Assembly (NCBI RefSeq): GCF_009834535.1
Contig: NC_045696.1
Location: forward strand, 35,094,001-35,158,000
DNA length: 64,000 nucleotides
Origin: Camelus ferus
Lineage: Eukaryota
Reading direction: 5' to 3'
Under the pieces are notes generated by a model that was not told where the DNA came from, made no database searches, and saw only the letters and a list, made by a program, of their open reading frames with translations. Shown in pieces: positions 40,201 to 52,920 of the stretch (its first letter is position 1; every line of letters starts with the position of its first letter). A program made the position numbers and the translations under genes.

Positions 40201-41508
40201 TGACAGAAATCAATATTTGGGCACTGGGTGCACTCACTGCTACTGTGGAATGCTTGTTCCAGGTGCTCTCCACAGATACAGCTGAAGAATTATTTGTGTA
40301 TATACTAACACACAGACACACACACACACACACACATATATATACACACACACATCTCTATAATTCTTTCTCTATCTACCCAACTGCATCTATATTAAGC
40401 TATTAAGGGGTTTAGGTTGATGTTTCTGTCTCTAACCCAGTACTACATATGAGTTCATTCCAGCCTCCCCCCTTTGCTTTTCTGCAACTTTTCTCTCTAA
40501 TGGTCCTGGCTTCTACCATTAAGCTATATCCATTTATTTGTTCCTTCCCAGTAAAATGTACAGTGGTTTCAGAGTTGTTAGACTATACCCCAGTGAGGAA
40601 CAAGTTTACCAGTTAGAATATAGTGCTTATGTACAGTTTCCTTTGTCTTCAGTTTTACTATTTTCACTCACTTCCGGAATTACTTAGGTCAGTGTTTCCT
40701 CCCCCAACCCTCTTTAGTGGAGGTATGGCAGATGTTTATGACACAGATTATTTTGTCTCCATCTGCATTCTGCCCTGAGATCCCTCAACCTCTGAGTTGA
40801 TTTTTATTTTCAATGAAAAGCTATGGATGCCTATTGTAAGCACTAAAGCTACTCATAAGAAAATAATTTTTAACTTACAAGTAAAAACCTGATTGAGTTA
40901 ATAAAATGGAATGCTAAAAATATTCTGTTGTCAAGAGAGAGAATAGGAACAGAGCAAGTGGGAAGCCAAACAGAGAAGAACAAATATAAAATACATTGCA
41001 GGATGATATATTTAAACCCAACCATATTGATAACTACATTAAATGTAGATGAACACAACACTTCAATGAAAAGAAAAGTAATGAATTGATTGGGTAAAAA
41101 AGCAAGACCTAATTCTATTGTTTCTGAAAGAAATAGATGGTAAGCATAAAGAAAAGAACAAGTTGAAATTAAAGGGCTGGAAAAAGATCTATCATACAAC
41201 TGTACACTTAAGAAAGACGTTTTCTCTGTATTAACATCAGATAAGTTAGATAACTTGTTAACCCAAGCCAAAGAATATTGTAAGAAAGAAAGAGGGGCAT
41301 TTAATAATGATTAAAGGGATAGTTCATCAGGAAGACACAATAACACTAAATATGTATGACTCAGTAACAGAGTTTTAACATTTATGAAGAAATGTCAGAA
41401 TAAAAGTGAGAAATGAGAAATCTAAAACCAGAGATAAAGATTTTTAACAGCCCCTCTCAATAGCTGATAAAAATAGTTGACAAAAAAACCCAGAAAATAT
41501 ATAAACAA

Positions 41509-41920
41509 TATTCTCAGATTGGATCTTCTAAAGCAAACTCTGAGCAGGAGTTTGGGGTGCAAGACAGCATTTGGAATCAACACCAGTGAAAGGAAGGAAA
41601 CAGAATTGGGTAAGAATAGAAGCCAGGCTGTGACATAGGTCTGAGAGATTCTAAACCTAACCAGGGTGAGGAGCCCTGGAGAAAATATTTCCTGTCAGAA
41701 TTGCCCACATCAGGCTGAACCAGCAGTGCCTTCATCCCTGCACCTTACTTAGCTACTGCATGGGAGCTTCCCCAGGAAAAATGTGACCTCAAGTAAGGTG
41801 ACTCTTGCAGTTGAGACAGAACTTGAAGGAGCTGACACGGAAGCATTTTCTGGTGATTACACTTCTGGCAAGTTCTTCCTTGAAAGGGAACCTGGACAGC
41901 CCACTTCCATGTCTACCACA
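41509..41920 (-). mobile_element. LTR16A/B-like solo LTR (second copy)
   Basis: Duplicate of 19413-19826. Confidence 0.85.
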
Positions 41921-44482
41921 AACACCACTAATACCACCAATGAACTTGACCTAATCAGCAATTATAGAATGTCACACCTATCACTAGCAGAAAAACATAT
42001 TATTTTCAATTGCCCATAAAAAGTATAAAACAAGTAGTAAAATGATAGATTTAAACCCAATCATTTCAACAATTACAAGATAGACCATATGGTGTACCAT
42101 AAAATGTCTCAATAAATTTCAAAAGTTTAAAATCTTATAAAATATGTTCCCTGACTAAAATTAAATTATATATTAAGAACAAAAAGATATCTATAAAATA
42201 CACTACTACTTGGAAATTAAACACTTCTAAATCACCATGGGCCAAAGAAAATTGTGCAATGAAAGTTAGAAATATATCAGACTGAATGGTAATGAAAGTG
42301 GAGCATATTTGTGGCATGCAGCTAATGCTGTGTACAGTGGGAAATTTATAATTTGGGGAAATTTATAATTTAATTGTTTATATTCAAAAACAAGAAAGAC
42401 GACATCATTAATTTAAATGGATAATTAGGAAATTCTAAAGAAGAGCAAAAACCAAAAAATAGCAAATATTAAGAAAATAATAAAATAGGAGCATAATACA
42501 ATAAAACAGAAAATAAACAAATACTGGTTCACTGAAAAAAGTATAGACTTGATAAACACCAAGCAGATATAATTAAGGAAAAAAAGAGAAAATACAAATG
42601 ACCATTATTACAAACAGAAACAAGTATTACTAAAATATTACTAAGTCAAAGGGAAATAGGGGAATATTATTAATTACTTGATGACAAAACATTAAGAGGA
42701 GAAACAACTAGAAGAATATTAAAACTTAAATACTTGGGAAGCTAAAAAAATCTTGGAGAGAACTGAACTTTGTGTTTAAGAATTCAAACAATTAAATTTA
42801 TACATTAAATGACAGGGTCACTTCAGCCATCATCTAGATGATATTGATACAGATATATTTTAGAGTGTGAGTCAGAATATGAAGGAATTTTTATATTTGA
42901 ATTTTTTTAACTTAATTAAGCAAGAGCATTTTCTCATTCTAAAACTTTTGAAAACATGAATTTTTAGTACTGACTAATACAAAATTCAATCAAACACACT
43001 CCTATTATGGTTATTTTATTTGTTTTTATCCTTTTGCAGTTATAGAATGCTTTTATAGCAAATCAAATTCATTTCCTCTGAATAATTTGCTAAAGATGAA
43101 TCCTGAGTTAAAGTTGAGACTGTATTTCATATTATTATAACTAGTCCAAATTTCTCTCAAAAGTACTTATATGAATTTAAACTTTATTAGCACAGTACAC
43201 AAGTAATTTTTTCTATATACTTTGCTAATAGCAGATATTCTCCCTTAAGAAATATATATGTCAATTATAGAGGTGAACAATATCTTTGCTTGTACTGGAA
43301 TTTGTTAATTATTTATAATAATTCATAATTGCATGTTGCCTTTTATTTCTTGTTTTGTTAATTGCCATTTGCATGAATCAGATGGTGTTAATTGTGCACC
43401 AGGCCAAGAAGCAGGACATTCATATACTCAGAACTCTTTGTTCCATACCTTGTTATAAAAGCACCAAAATTCATTGATATTAGTACCAAAGATGTTGAGT
43501 ATGGCTATACTATACCAATGGTCAATGGAAATGTTATCCACATTATTTTTGTTAAAGGTATTTAGTTAACAAGGTCCTTATGTGGTCTTAAAGATTGCAA
43601 TAAGCACAAAATTGATATTGTGCTCAAACTGAAATCTGCCTTGCAAACATGCCTCAGCTTTCATGGGGAAGCTCCATTTTTTTTTTTTTTTTAATCACAA
43701 GATAGGTAAGAACTCTTGGTGGGATGGCATCAAGTCAAATTTCCAGAATTTTGTGCTAGCAGACCAGCTGGAATACAGAAAGCAGTTAAAACCACCCCTA
43801 AGTAATTACCTGAGGAACACACAAGTTAACTTCATATTTTAATTTATAGCTCTCTGTCGCTAGATTAGTACATAAGTACTCCCCCATTTCTTAGAGTCCA
43901 GACACGTCATTTATAGAAATCTTTTGGTTCATAAGAGAAGGCAATACTATTTCAGCTGATTTGGTGGCTAAGGATAAAACAATGGCTACTTGTGTTTTGC
44001 AACTCTTGTGAATATGACACGAGGTACAACTGAAACCAAATGCCAAAAGGCTGTAAGAAGAGTGTCTCAAAGCATTTTGCAATGTCAAGTCAAACTGTGA
44101 AGCATTCCTTCCCAGTTTATTGGCATCACAACATCACAATAGCATAGGGTCCCTCCGGTCTTTTATCCCTTCGAACTTCAAGGATTTGATTAAGCTATAT
44201 TATTGTTATCGAAGACTAACTCATGTTGGGTCTGGACTAAGATTATATAGAAGCAATACAGCCCTTAATCCTTCGTTTTATTTTGTGGACAGTCATGAAA
44301 TGCTTCTCTATTACCAACTGAAAAGGCTGATTCAATTTCCTAAAGTAACGAGGAAAAATGGAAGGTAAAGTGTAAAGTTGGATACAGATAATAATACCCT
44401 CTAACTTTGCAGGGACATTTGATTGCCCAAGGAGGGCTTATATGCCAAAGGTCACACAATTTTGAGAAATCAGAAAGAAAGC

Positions 44483-44691
44483 AGTTTGGGATTAACAGAT
44501 ACAAACTACTATATACAAAATGGATAAATAACAAGGTCCTACTGTACAGCACAGGGAAGCTTATTTAGTAGCTTACAATAACCTATAATGACAAAGAATA
44601 TATATGTATATATAACTGAATCACTATGCTGTACACCAGAAACTAACATAACACTGTAAATCAAATATACTTCAACAACAACAACAAAAAA
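44483..44691 (+). mobile_element. Artiodactyl-type L1 3' end (second copy)
   Basis: Duplicate of 22381-22589. Confidence 0.85.
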
Positions 44692-46519
44692 GAAAGTAAA
44701 AAGGCCTCATGGCCCAAACTTCTCCTCCAGACCATTTGGGGACATATTCTAGAAAGTGCACCATTTTTTTGGTTTGAGGATAATGATGTCAAGTGCCAAT
44801 TTAGGTGAGATTCCTGAATATAAATGAATTAAATACACTGGTGGTACATTTTTCATGGTCAAATGAAGCTAGAAAAAAATAAGCATTAAAAGTTTACTAT
44901 AGCATTATTAATGGCCTATAAGTAAGGCCTTCTATATCCCATCATTTTGTATCTGTGAAAAAAATGTGATAACCTTTTTCATGCCTTATGGCATTGAATA
45001 ACTGAGGTGGCAGCACCTTACCCAAGGACATTCAATAACACACGATGCTTTTTCCTATAATAAGCTATAATAGATAGGAAAAAATCTACTCTTAATCAAT
45101 CATAATCTCAGCAGAACGGGGTGTCATGGGAAGCCCTTCCACTGCCCCTGCTTTTCTAACAAGATACACTCATAAAAAAAATGTAAAATTATACAACTTG
45201 AAAGAGATATGCCAAATAATGAGAAGCAATGCTTAGAGCTTTTAATCACAAAATCATGATTTTATATTTCACAATTCCCTGCAAGAATTCAGAAGGCAAG
45301 ACATGTTTTCTCCTTTACTCTTGAGAGCTCAGTTGTGGTTAAGGATTCGGAGAGAAGCCTATTTCCACAGCCCCTGTAAAGCTCACCCAGGGGAGACAGT
45401 ACAGGGTGCTCCACTTAAAAAGGCGAGCAGGTTGTGTACCCAAGGCTTCCTGTCAACAAAATGAAAAGCGCTACGTTATTTCTGCCCTCCCCTCAATTAG
45501 GTGAGCAGTTTATCGAGCATTTTGATTAAACCATCTTCCATCTTCTTCTCTGGGTTTTCTGTACATAGCAAGTGCCAACAGAATCTTCATGTTGAAACTT
45601 CAGATGTTAAAGTTGATAGCTGAAGGGAGAGTTCATTTTGTCCAATAATGCAGAGCAATTCAATTTTGGATTTACATTGCCAGGATCTCTTTAATGTTTC
45701 TCTGTATTTATGCCGTTAGTGTAAGCTTTTAGAAATATTGCTACGTATAGATTCTTCGTCTTTTTTAATTTGGATATGTCCACAATTTGATTTTAAGCAA
45801 ATTAAAGGCAGGGAGAACACTTTTTATTCTTTGATATCACACTATAAAATTTCTCATATTTTAATGACAAAATGTGATAAATTAAAGTATTAATTAAGTC
45901 TTATTTTTAGGTCATTATATGTCAAAGGTCACACACACACATACACCCCCCCACATACTTTCTATGTAGAGAACATATGTTTAAGAAAAAGTAAGAATGA
46001 TCTATTAAATCAGATAGTAAAATAAAAATTAGGTTTTAATTTTTTTCCTGAAAAAAACATCTGGACTTAGAAACTTTACTTAACTCTGGCTATAATTTAT
46101 TATCGGCAAGAAAAGAAGAATGCAGGTATCTATTTACGGGAAATATATCTCTAAGGGAAGAAAAATTTTAAGGGGAAAGTGTAAATATAAAAGAAAAGAT
46201 AAAAATTATTTGAGAAAGATTTTCAAGACAAAGCCTTACACAGAAAGGAAATGCAGTTTTATTTTTCATTTTACTGAGTTAACAGCAATTACTTTTCTTA
46301 ATCTATCTGGTTCAGTTCAACGACTATATATTGAGTAACTTCCTTGTTTTGGATACTTTATTAAGTAGAAAATGGAAATAGAGGAACAAACCAAATACAG
46401 CCCTGCTCTCTAATTGCTCATAGTTTATCTCCAAAGCAAATTTTAATACTATGGTCATATATCTTTGACATTAAGTTACTAATTTTGACTCTTTTGTACT
46501 TGTTTATTTACTTATATCA

Positions 46520-47220
46520 AATACTTAATTTTAGGAGCATTTTTAGATTCACAGCAAAATTAAGGGGATGGTACAGAGATCTATATATTCCCTGCCCTCA
46601 CACATGTGCAGCCTCCCCCATTATCAATGTTCCCCACTAGAGTGGTCCATTTGCTACAAGTGATGAACCTACACTGGCACATCATAACCACCTGAGGTTC
46701 ATACTCTACATGAGTATGCTGTAGATTTTATGGATTTGGGCAAATGTACGATGACATATACACATCATTACAGTATCATATAGAGTGTTTTCACCACCCT
46801 AAAAATCCTCTGGGCTCCATCTATTGATCGTTTCATCTCCTCACTCCTCTCCACCTCTGGCAACCACTGATCTTTTTACTGTCTCCGTAGTTTTGTCTTT
46901 TCCAGAACCTCATATAGTTGGAATCATATAGATGTAGCCTTTCAGATTGGCTTCTTTCCCTTGGTATTTAAGTTTCCTCCATATCATCTCGTGGCTTGAT
47001 AGCTCATTTCTTTTCAGCACTGAATAATATTCCATTGTGTGAAGGTATCACAGCTTATTTATCCATTCACCTGCTGAAGCACATCTTGGTTGCTTACAAG
47101 TTTGGGCAATTATGAATAAAGCTGATGTAAACATGGAAGCGCAGGGCTCTGTGAGGACATACGTGTATTTTTAAATCATTTGGTTAAGTACCAAAGAGCA
47201 CATTCTCTGGATTGCATATT
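46520..47220 (-). mobile_element. L1MC1-like LINE-1 3' end
   Basis: ttttagattcacagcaaaatt...ggtacagagat...gatgaacctacactggcacatca...ccctaaaaatcctctg...ctggcaaccactgatctttttactgtctcc...ttggcttcttt. Confidence 0.85.
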
Positions 47221-49457
47221 TATTTGTTGTCTCAAAAATTCACAAGTAAATTTCTGAAATCTAAATTTAGGAATAAAAATTACTTGTCAGTTCTTCATTT
47301 TCTGACCTCAATGACTTGTGAATATTAAGATTTTGTTTTTGACACAACATATCCGAATATTTGAAACTGCATCTTCAACTCTGTCTCTTCCAGTGTTCAT
47401 GATTGGATGTGGTTACTAATTAAATAAGCCCCAAAAGTGTCAGTGGGAGGGATAAACAGAAGAGACATAGTGTTGTGCTATCCTCACTCATTTACTGCAG
47501 GTAGATGATTTTAGCCATGATGGACTAATTAGCTCAAGACTTCTATTATTATTTCAAGGGCTTTGCTTTAAAGATAAAAGGAATGATAAAGCAGACAAAA
47601 ATAATACCATTGTAAGTTGTCTGTAATAGACCTATAGTCATCATAGTAAGTAACAGGGTTGCTGTTCTTTTCTGAGATGGCATGATTAAAATAGAATCTT
47701 CAAAAACCAAAATTCAAAACAGATATGTAATGCAAAGAAATATAGTTTTATATGTATTCCTTTGACTTGTATTCAAAGTAAAATCAAAGGTGTTTATAAT
47801 AAACAAATACCCTTACAATTTCAATAAAAAGTCTGCATAATAAAACATTACACTGCAGCTTTGCAAAAGTGAGAATGCTTTGCTCAATAAACATTACATG
47901 TATTTCTCAGGGATTTTGTCCTACAAAAGTTTTCAGACGTGCCCAAACTATCATATCAATGGAAAGCAAAGGGAAACATTTGCTTTTCTCACCATCTCTT
48001 ATGGATGGAATTCCTAAGTAATAAACTGCAGAAGCATAGCATTCGACTTACTAATTTTTAGGTCAAATGATTCCGCATGTGTGCCAATACATGTGGAGTC
48101 AAAACTATATAGAAGAGGATACTGTAAACCTGTATGACTTTACCCAGAGCCAAGCGGTTGAGACTCTATTTTCACTACAAGTCCCATGTTCGACTTGAAT
48201 AAGAATAGTTACAAGTAGCTGTAGAATGTACTTTCTGTGCTATCATTAATTCATGCGGTCAAAACACTGCTGAGTCGGCAGATGAGTGCAGCCCGAAGCC
48301 TAACTTTCATAACTTTGGTAATGATCAGTGGGGTACACAAATATCTTCAAGTCACATAACTGTGGTGATCTCAGTGTGCTCAGTTCTGGTGGACTGTTGC
48401 CCATACCACTAAATCAGCGTTCATAGCACCACGCACATATGGCGCAGTTGGAGTTCAGGGGGAGCCTAGGACTTTGTCAGCTTGGGGGCCAAGTCACTCT
48501 TAACCTCCATAAAAGGCATCGCTTTAAAGAATAGGGTAAAGGTCACTGCAGCTCATACCAAGTGTAAAAATGAGAACTACAGACAGGAAACACTATTCAG
48601 ATGCTGTAGGGCTGTAGGCCTGGTTTATGTCTGCTCTGAGCCCTCTGCAGCTACAGGAGACCAAAGACATACTCGCCATCCCCATTTATACTAGGTCAGC
48701 AGCCAAACGGGCCCAGACATTAAAAGCAGAGGAAATCCAGGGGCTAATCAGGAACTGCCTTTCTCAAAGGCATGACATGAAATACTGCAGTAGGACATTG
48801 TGTGATTGGAACTGTGACTGTGATATGTTGCTGCGGGTTGTAGATTGAGGGTTGAACGTTATGAATGTGTGACACCGAAACAGGCTGGAGCATGATTGTA
48901 TAACTACTTACCCCCAGGTCACTCATAAAATTGAGATGTACATCTCCTGAGAATACCAAGGAGCAAAAATTGTAAATAAAATAAATGTTCGGCGTGTCTG
49001 AATTAATGAGCATATATTAAGATCATATATAACTTGAGGAAATAAGAAAACAGCACAACTGAGATTTCCCTGAGTAACAGAGAGAAATAGGGGAAGTTAT
49101 TTTTATTATCTAATTGGTAAAAAGTCTCCAATTTTTCTGTCGAAGTTTATAAGAGAAAAATACACGCAAGTTCCAAGGTGGGAGGAGGGGTGCGTATGTG
49201 TGGCAAATGAGGAAAATCACTCAGTAGGGAAGTACATTTCACACAAAAAAGCATGAATATAGGCAAAAGTTGAAATAAAAACCATATTTACATGGCATGA
49301 CTTTTCAGGTAATTTTTCTTCATTAAGCTGAAAATTATAACCAGTTTGTTGCGTAAACTGGTATCATGGTTTCTGTGGTTTGAAGAACCAGACTAGTCCT
49401 AGCCTATCCACATCAGTGATTGCCTCCATATCCATTCGTTTCTCTGGTTCTAGTACC

Positions 49458-49574
49458 TGACCTTCTTTCTTTCTTTGTCCCTTCTTTCCTCCTTCCCCTT
49501 CTCCCATCCTCCCTCCCTCCCTCCTTTCCTTCCTTCCTTCTTTCCTTCTTTCAGTTCTTCTTTCTCTCTCTCTC
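49458..49574. repeat. Polypyrimidine low-complexity tract, (CTTC/CCT/CT)n
   Basis: ccttctttctttctttgtcccttctttcctccttcccc...ccttccttctttccttctttc...ctctctctctc. Confidence 0.85.
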
Positions 49575-50454
49575 AAAACTGGCAAACAGATTTAAGAGAA
49601 TTTTTTAAAGTGAAAAAGCCTGTTTGTTTGTTTGTTTTTCAGCCATTCAAAGATATGAGCTTATATCTTGAGGGGATAGGGAGGCTAGGGTGCTAAAAAT
49701 ATAAATGTTATATATTAAAAGAATAACTGTAGTGATTACCCTGCAGACTGGCATGAATGAGGCAAATTCACTTTTAGCCATGCCATCAATTGATGCCAAA
49801 GCAGAAAAGCAGGTGTATGATGTATATGCCATTTTAGCAAGCTGTGTGCCTCAAAATGCTGCAGCCACACCCTGAAGCTGAGAGGGACAGATATATATTT
49901 ATTAAGAATTATTTACCAGTTCATGGACTTTCAAATATACATTTGAAATATGTATATATTTTGTGAGGAAAAGGTAGCTGCAAGGACTTATAACAAGAAA
50001 TCTTTAAGTCACATAAAAAATAAAAGATCTTCAATCTAAAGTGAGGTTTTAATAATTAGTCATTTTTGAAAAAATATGACATGGTAGCGTAGTGTCCTCC
50101 TTCTCATGCTCATCTCTCCAAAAATTTACCACCATCAATAAATTCATTCTGCTATGTCTGAAGATTTACTTAATTTCTTTATTTGGATTTATGCCATTTG
50201 CTCATCATATAAATTCTTGATTCTTGAAATCTATAATGAAATACATTTCATATTCTTATATAAAATATATCTCCTTTTGCTATTGATCTTTGTATTTTTA
50301 CTTAAAGAGGAGAAAACAAGACATTGTGTGTGGTACTGCATACTTATCAAACACATACACATTTAAGTATGTCAGCATGTTTGTATATCTGTGCATATGT
50401 ATATAGATGTATACAATTAAGGGTCTACTTTAATTTTAATCTTTGGAAGTATAA

Positions 50455-50645
50455 GATCTTTGTACTAAAAAGAATCTTAAAAATCATTTCTACCAATCCC
50501 TTTATTTTAAAAATACAGAAATTGAGGTAAGGATAAAACAAGGTGTTTGGTACAAGATCACTTGGCTAGCTAGTGGCAGAGAAAGATATCAGAAATCAAG
50601 TTCGCCATCTCCTTGATCAGGGATCTTTTCAATATGCCATATTAC
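50455..50645 (-). mobile_element. MIR3/MIR SINE
   Basis: aatcttaaaaatcatttctaccaatccctttatttt...gaaattgagg...aagatcac...tagtggcagag. Confidence 0.7.
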
Positions 50646-50756
50646 TTGAGTTTTCATTCAAATCAGATGCATGTGTAAAGGTTTCATTTATTAAGGACTT
50701 GCATTTCTTCTGCATTTCTTTTAGGCTATGACCGAATCATAAAATATTCTGTCAAC

Positions 50757-51119
50757 TATATTAGTCCATTTGGGCTGAGATGAAAAAGTCACAGGTCTGA
50801 TGACAAATAACAAGAAGGCATCTCTCGCAGTTCTGGAGGCTGGGAAGCCCAAGATCAGCGTGCCGGCCGATTCAGTTCTGCGGCGAGGGCTCTCTTCCTT
50901 ACTCGCAGACAGCGCCTTCACACTGTGTCTTCATATGGCAAAGAGGATGCTCTGGGGTCTCTTCTAATAAGGGCAGTAATCACATCATGGGGCTCCCCTC
51001 TCATGAGCTCATCTAAAACTAATTACGTCTCAAAGTCCCCACCCCCTAAAACCATCACACTGGGGGTTAGGGCTTCAACATACAAATTGCAGGGGAACAT
51101 AAATATTTGGTCTATGTTA
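50757..51119 (-). mobile_element. MaLR solo LTR, MLT1A-like
   Basis: tattagtccatttgggctg...tctcgcagttctggaggctgggaagcccaagatc...accatcacactgggggttagggcttcaacata. Confidence 0.9.
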
Positions 51120-52699
51120 TTTGGTTTATAACACCAATGGGAGAAATCTGAAAAACTATTATGACTAAATCAAGATAAACTCCCCTTAGCTCCTTTATGA
51201 TTTGGGTCTACAGGTTTCTTTGCTTCCTTTAAAGACTATCAAAATATTTTAAGTTTAATTGGAAAATGTTGAATTTATATAAATATTCATCTTGCCTCTT
51301 ATTAGTTACATTTTGAGAATCCTAAAATAAATGGCTTGAGGAATATTAGTACTTTTGACATCTCCTGGAAACAGTTACAGTGACCTAAGGTAAGACTACA
51401 TTTGTGTTATGTAATAAACAGATGTACCCGTCTTCACCTAGTAAAGTCAAATAAGCATCATCTGAGAGTCACAATGATGAGCTCAAATATGACAGAAATA
51501 CAGCCTTGCAGAATTGATTGTATAATGCTTCCGGCAACAACAGTACAAGCTGTTTAGTATTTTCATCAGTGTCCTAAGTGATGTCTTAGAAGCAAGCTCA
51601 TTAAGTTTGCTGTTGAGAGAAGCTGAAGAGGATATTTCAGAGAGGAGGTGCTTGTTTTCCTCTTGGAAAATGAGTCCAGAATTTAAAATGAGCTTGAAAT
51701 GAGCAGAAACATACTTTACATACAGGAGAATATACATAAGAAAAGGTAGGGAGTATGCCATATCAAAATGCTATACAGGAAAATACAACAAAACATGTCA
51801 AAGTGTTAGCTATATATATAAAAAAAACTAGATTCTACTATTAATGGAATGGGAATTGTAGAGATGTAGGTAGGGGACTCATATGCTGTCATAATTTCCA
51901 TTATAGAAAATATAAAAATGTTTCATCCAGAAGAAAATAAGGATCAAAATACATTAGAGCTGCAAAATTTAATACATTAGAGTTGCACCCACCTATGTGC
52001 CCCTCTAACTTCTTTTTATCTCTATGCTAAACTCTTAGTTTACTGAAGTAAAGGAATGTAAATATTAGCCTGAAACCACTGTTTGCCTGCAAAAAGTTGA
52101 CTCCCATGAAAAACAAACCACAAATACCAGAAATGAAAATCTAAGTGCAACACACTGATTTCTTTCATAGGTGTGGTCTCTCATTTCTATTAAATGCTAT
52201 TAACTTTAAGTGAAAAAAAAATATTTATTTTCATGGCTATGTTGGAAAGGTGATAGGAATTACATCAGTATTTTCATAAGCAGTTATATAAAAGGAAAGA
52301 ATAGCGGAGCAAAGTATCATTAACAGAAGGAGTTAGTTACCACTAAACAATTTGGGGTTATCAGAGGCATCCCACTGTTACCATCACTTTGACTTTTTTA
52401 TATTAAGTTATCCAATGGTTATGCAGCTGCTTTTCCCTCTTAACTATCCTCAGACTTGGTATGTTTCCTTTCTTCCAGAACCGTCTGTGGTTGACTAGAA
52501 GAAGTAACAATGCTCTGTGTTCCCGGTTGCCTTGGATCCCTGCCAGCAACTTACCACAATCCCTACCACCTATTGAATCGTTCACATGTAAAAATTCTAT
52601 AACAAAATATGATCATGTTAGTGCATTTAATACATACTTATTTATTCTGTACCAGGATCCTCATATGTAAAACAGTAAGTTATAGGGGAATGTTGATCG

Positions 52700-52920
52700 A
52701 TGTGGTGTTTGAAAAACCAGGTTTAAATCCTGTCTCTGCCCCTGTTGCAACACTGGGTATTTTCAGTTACATCATCTGAGATTTAATATTCTTACATGTA
52801 AAATCGGAGTAAAATGCTCATCTTTTCTGAGCATTTGAGGAGGTTAAATACATATAGTTATTATACGAGAGTACTTTATGAAGTGCTTGACATATGCTTT
52901 CATGTTCGATAAAGATTAAA
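52700..52920 (+). mobile_element. MIR SINE
   Basis: ggtttaaatcctgtctctgcc...atgtaaaatcggagtaaaat...gaggaggttaaat. Confidence 0.55.

Larger units (their letters stand above)
24296..46302 (+). repeat. Copy 2 of ~22-kb near-identical direct repeat
   Basis: Starts atgaggacctaatcc immediately after the gap and ends acttttcttaat at 46302, then continues into unique sequence. Confidence 0.97.

Noticed and set aside
40870..41271. 133-aa ORF, the longest in the track
   Set aside because: It is antisense to a decayed L1 ORF2 and is broken into two ORFs in copy 1 (18771-19204), so it depends on 1-bp indels.
2204..46302. Identical ORF pairs read as duplicated paralogous genes
   Set aside because: They only reflect the 22-kb repeat, which is probably an assembly artefact, and none resembles a protein I recognise.
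49364..49696. Overlapping ORFs rich in E/R/G or P/S/F
   Set aside because: These are translations of the polypyrimidine low-complexity tract.
51948..51988. Short direct repeat aatacattagag(c/t)tgca, and similar micro-duplications near 6976-7017 and 12059-12079
   Set aside because: Ordinary slippage-type micro-duplications with no higher-order pattern.
51483..52670. Possible coding exons (51483-51761 minus; acceptor ttcctttcttccag near 52478; minus-strand donor near 52555)
   Set aside because: Isolated splice-like motifs with no paired sites and no recognisable peptide.
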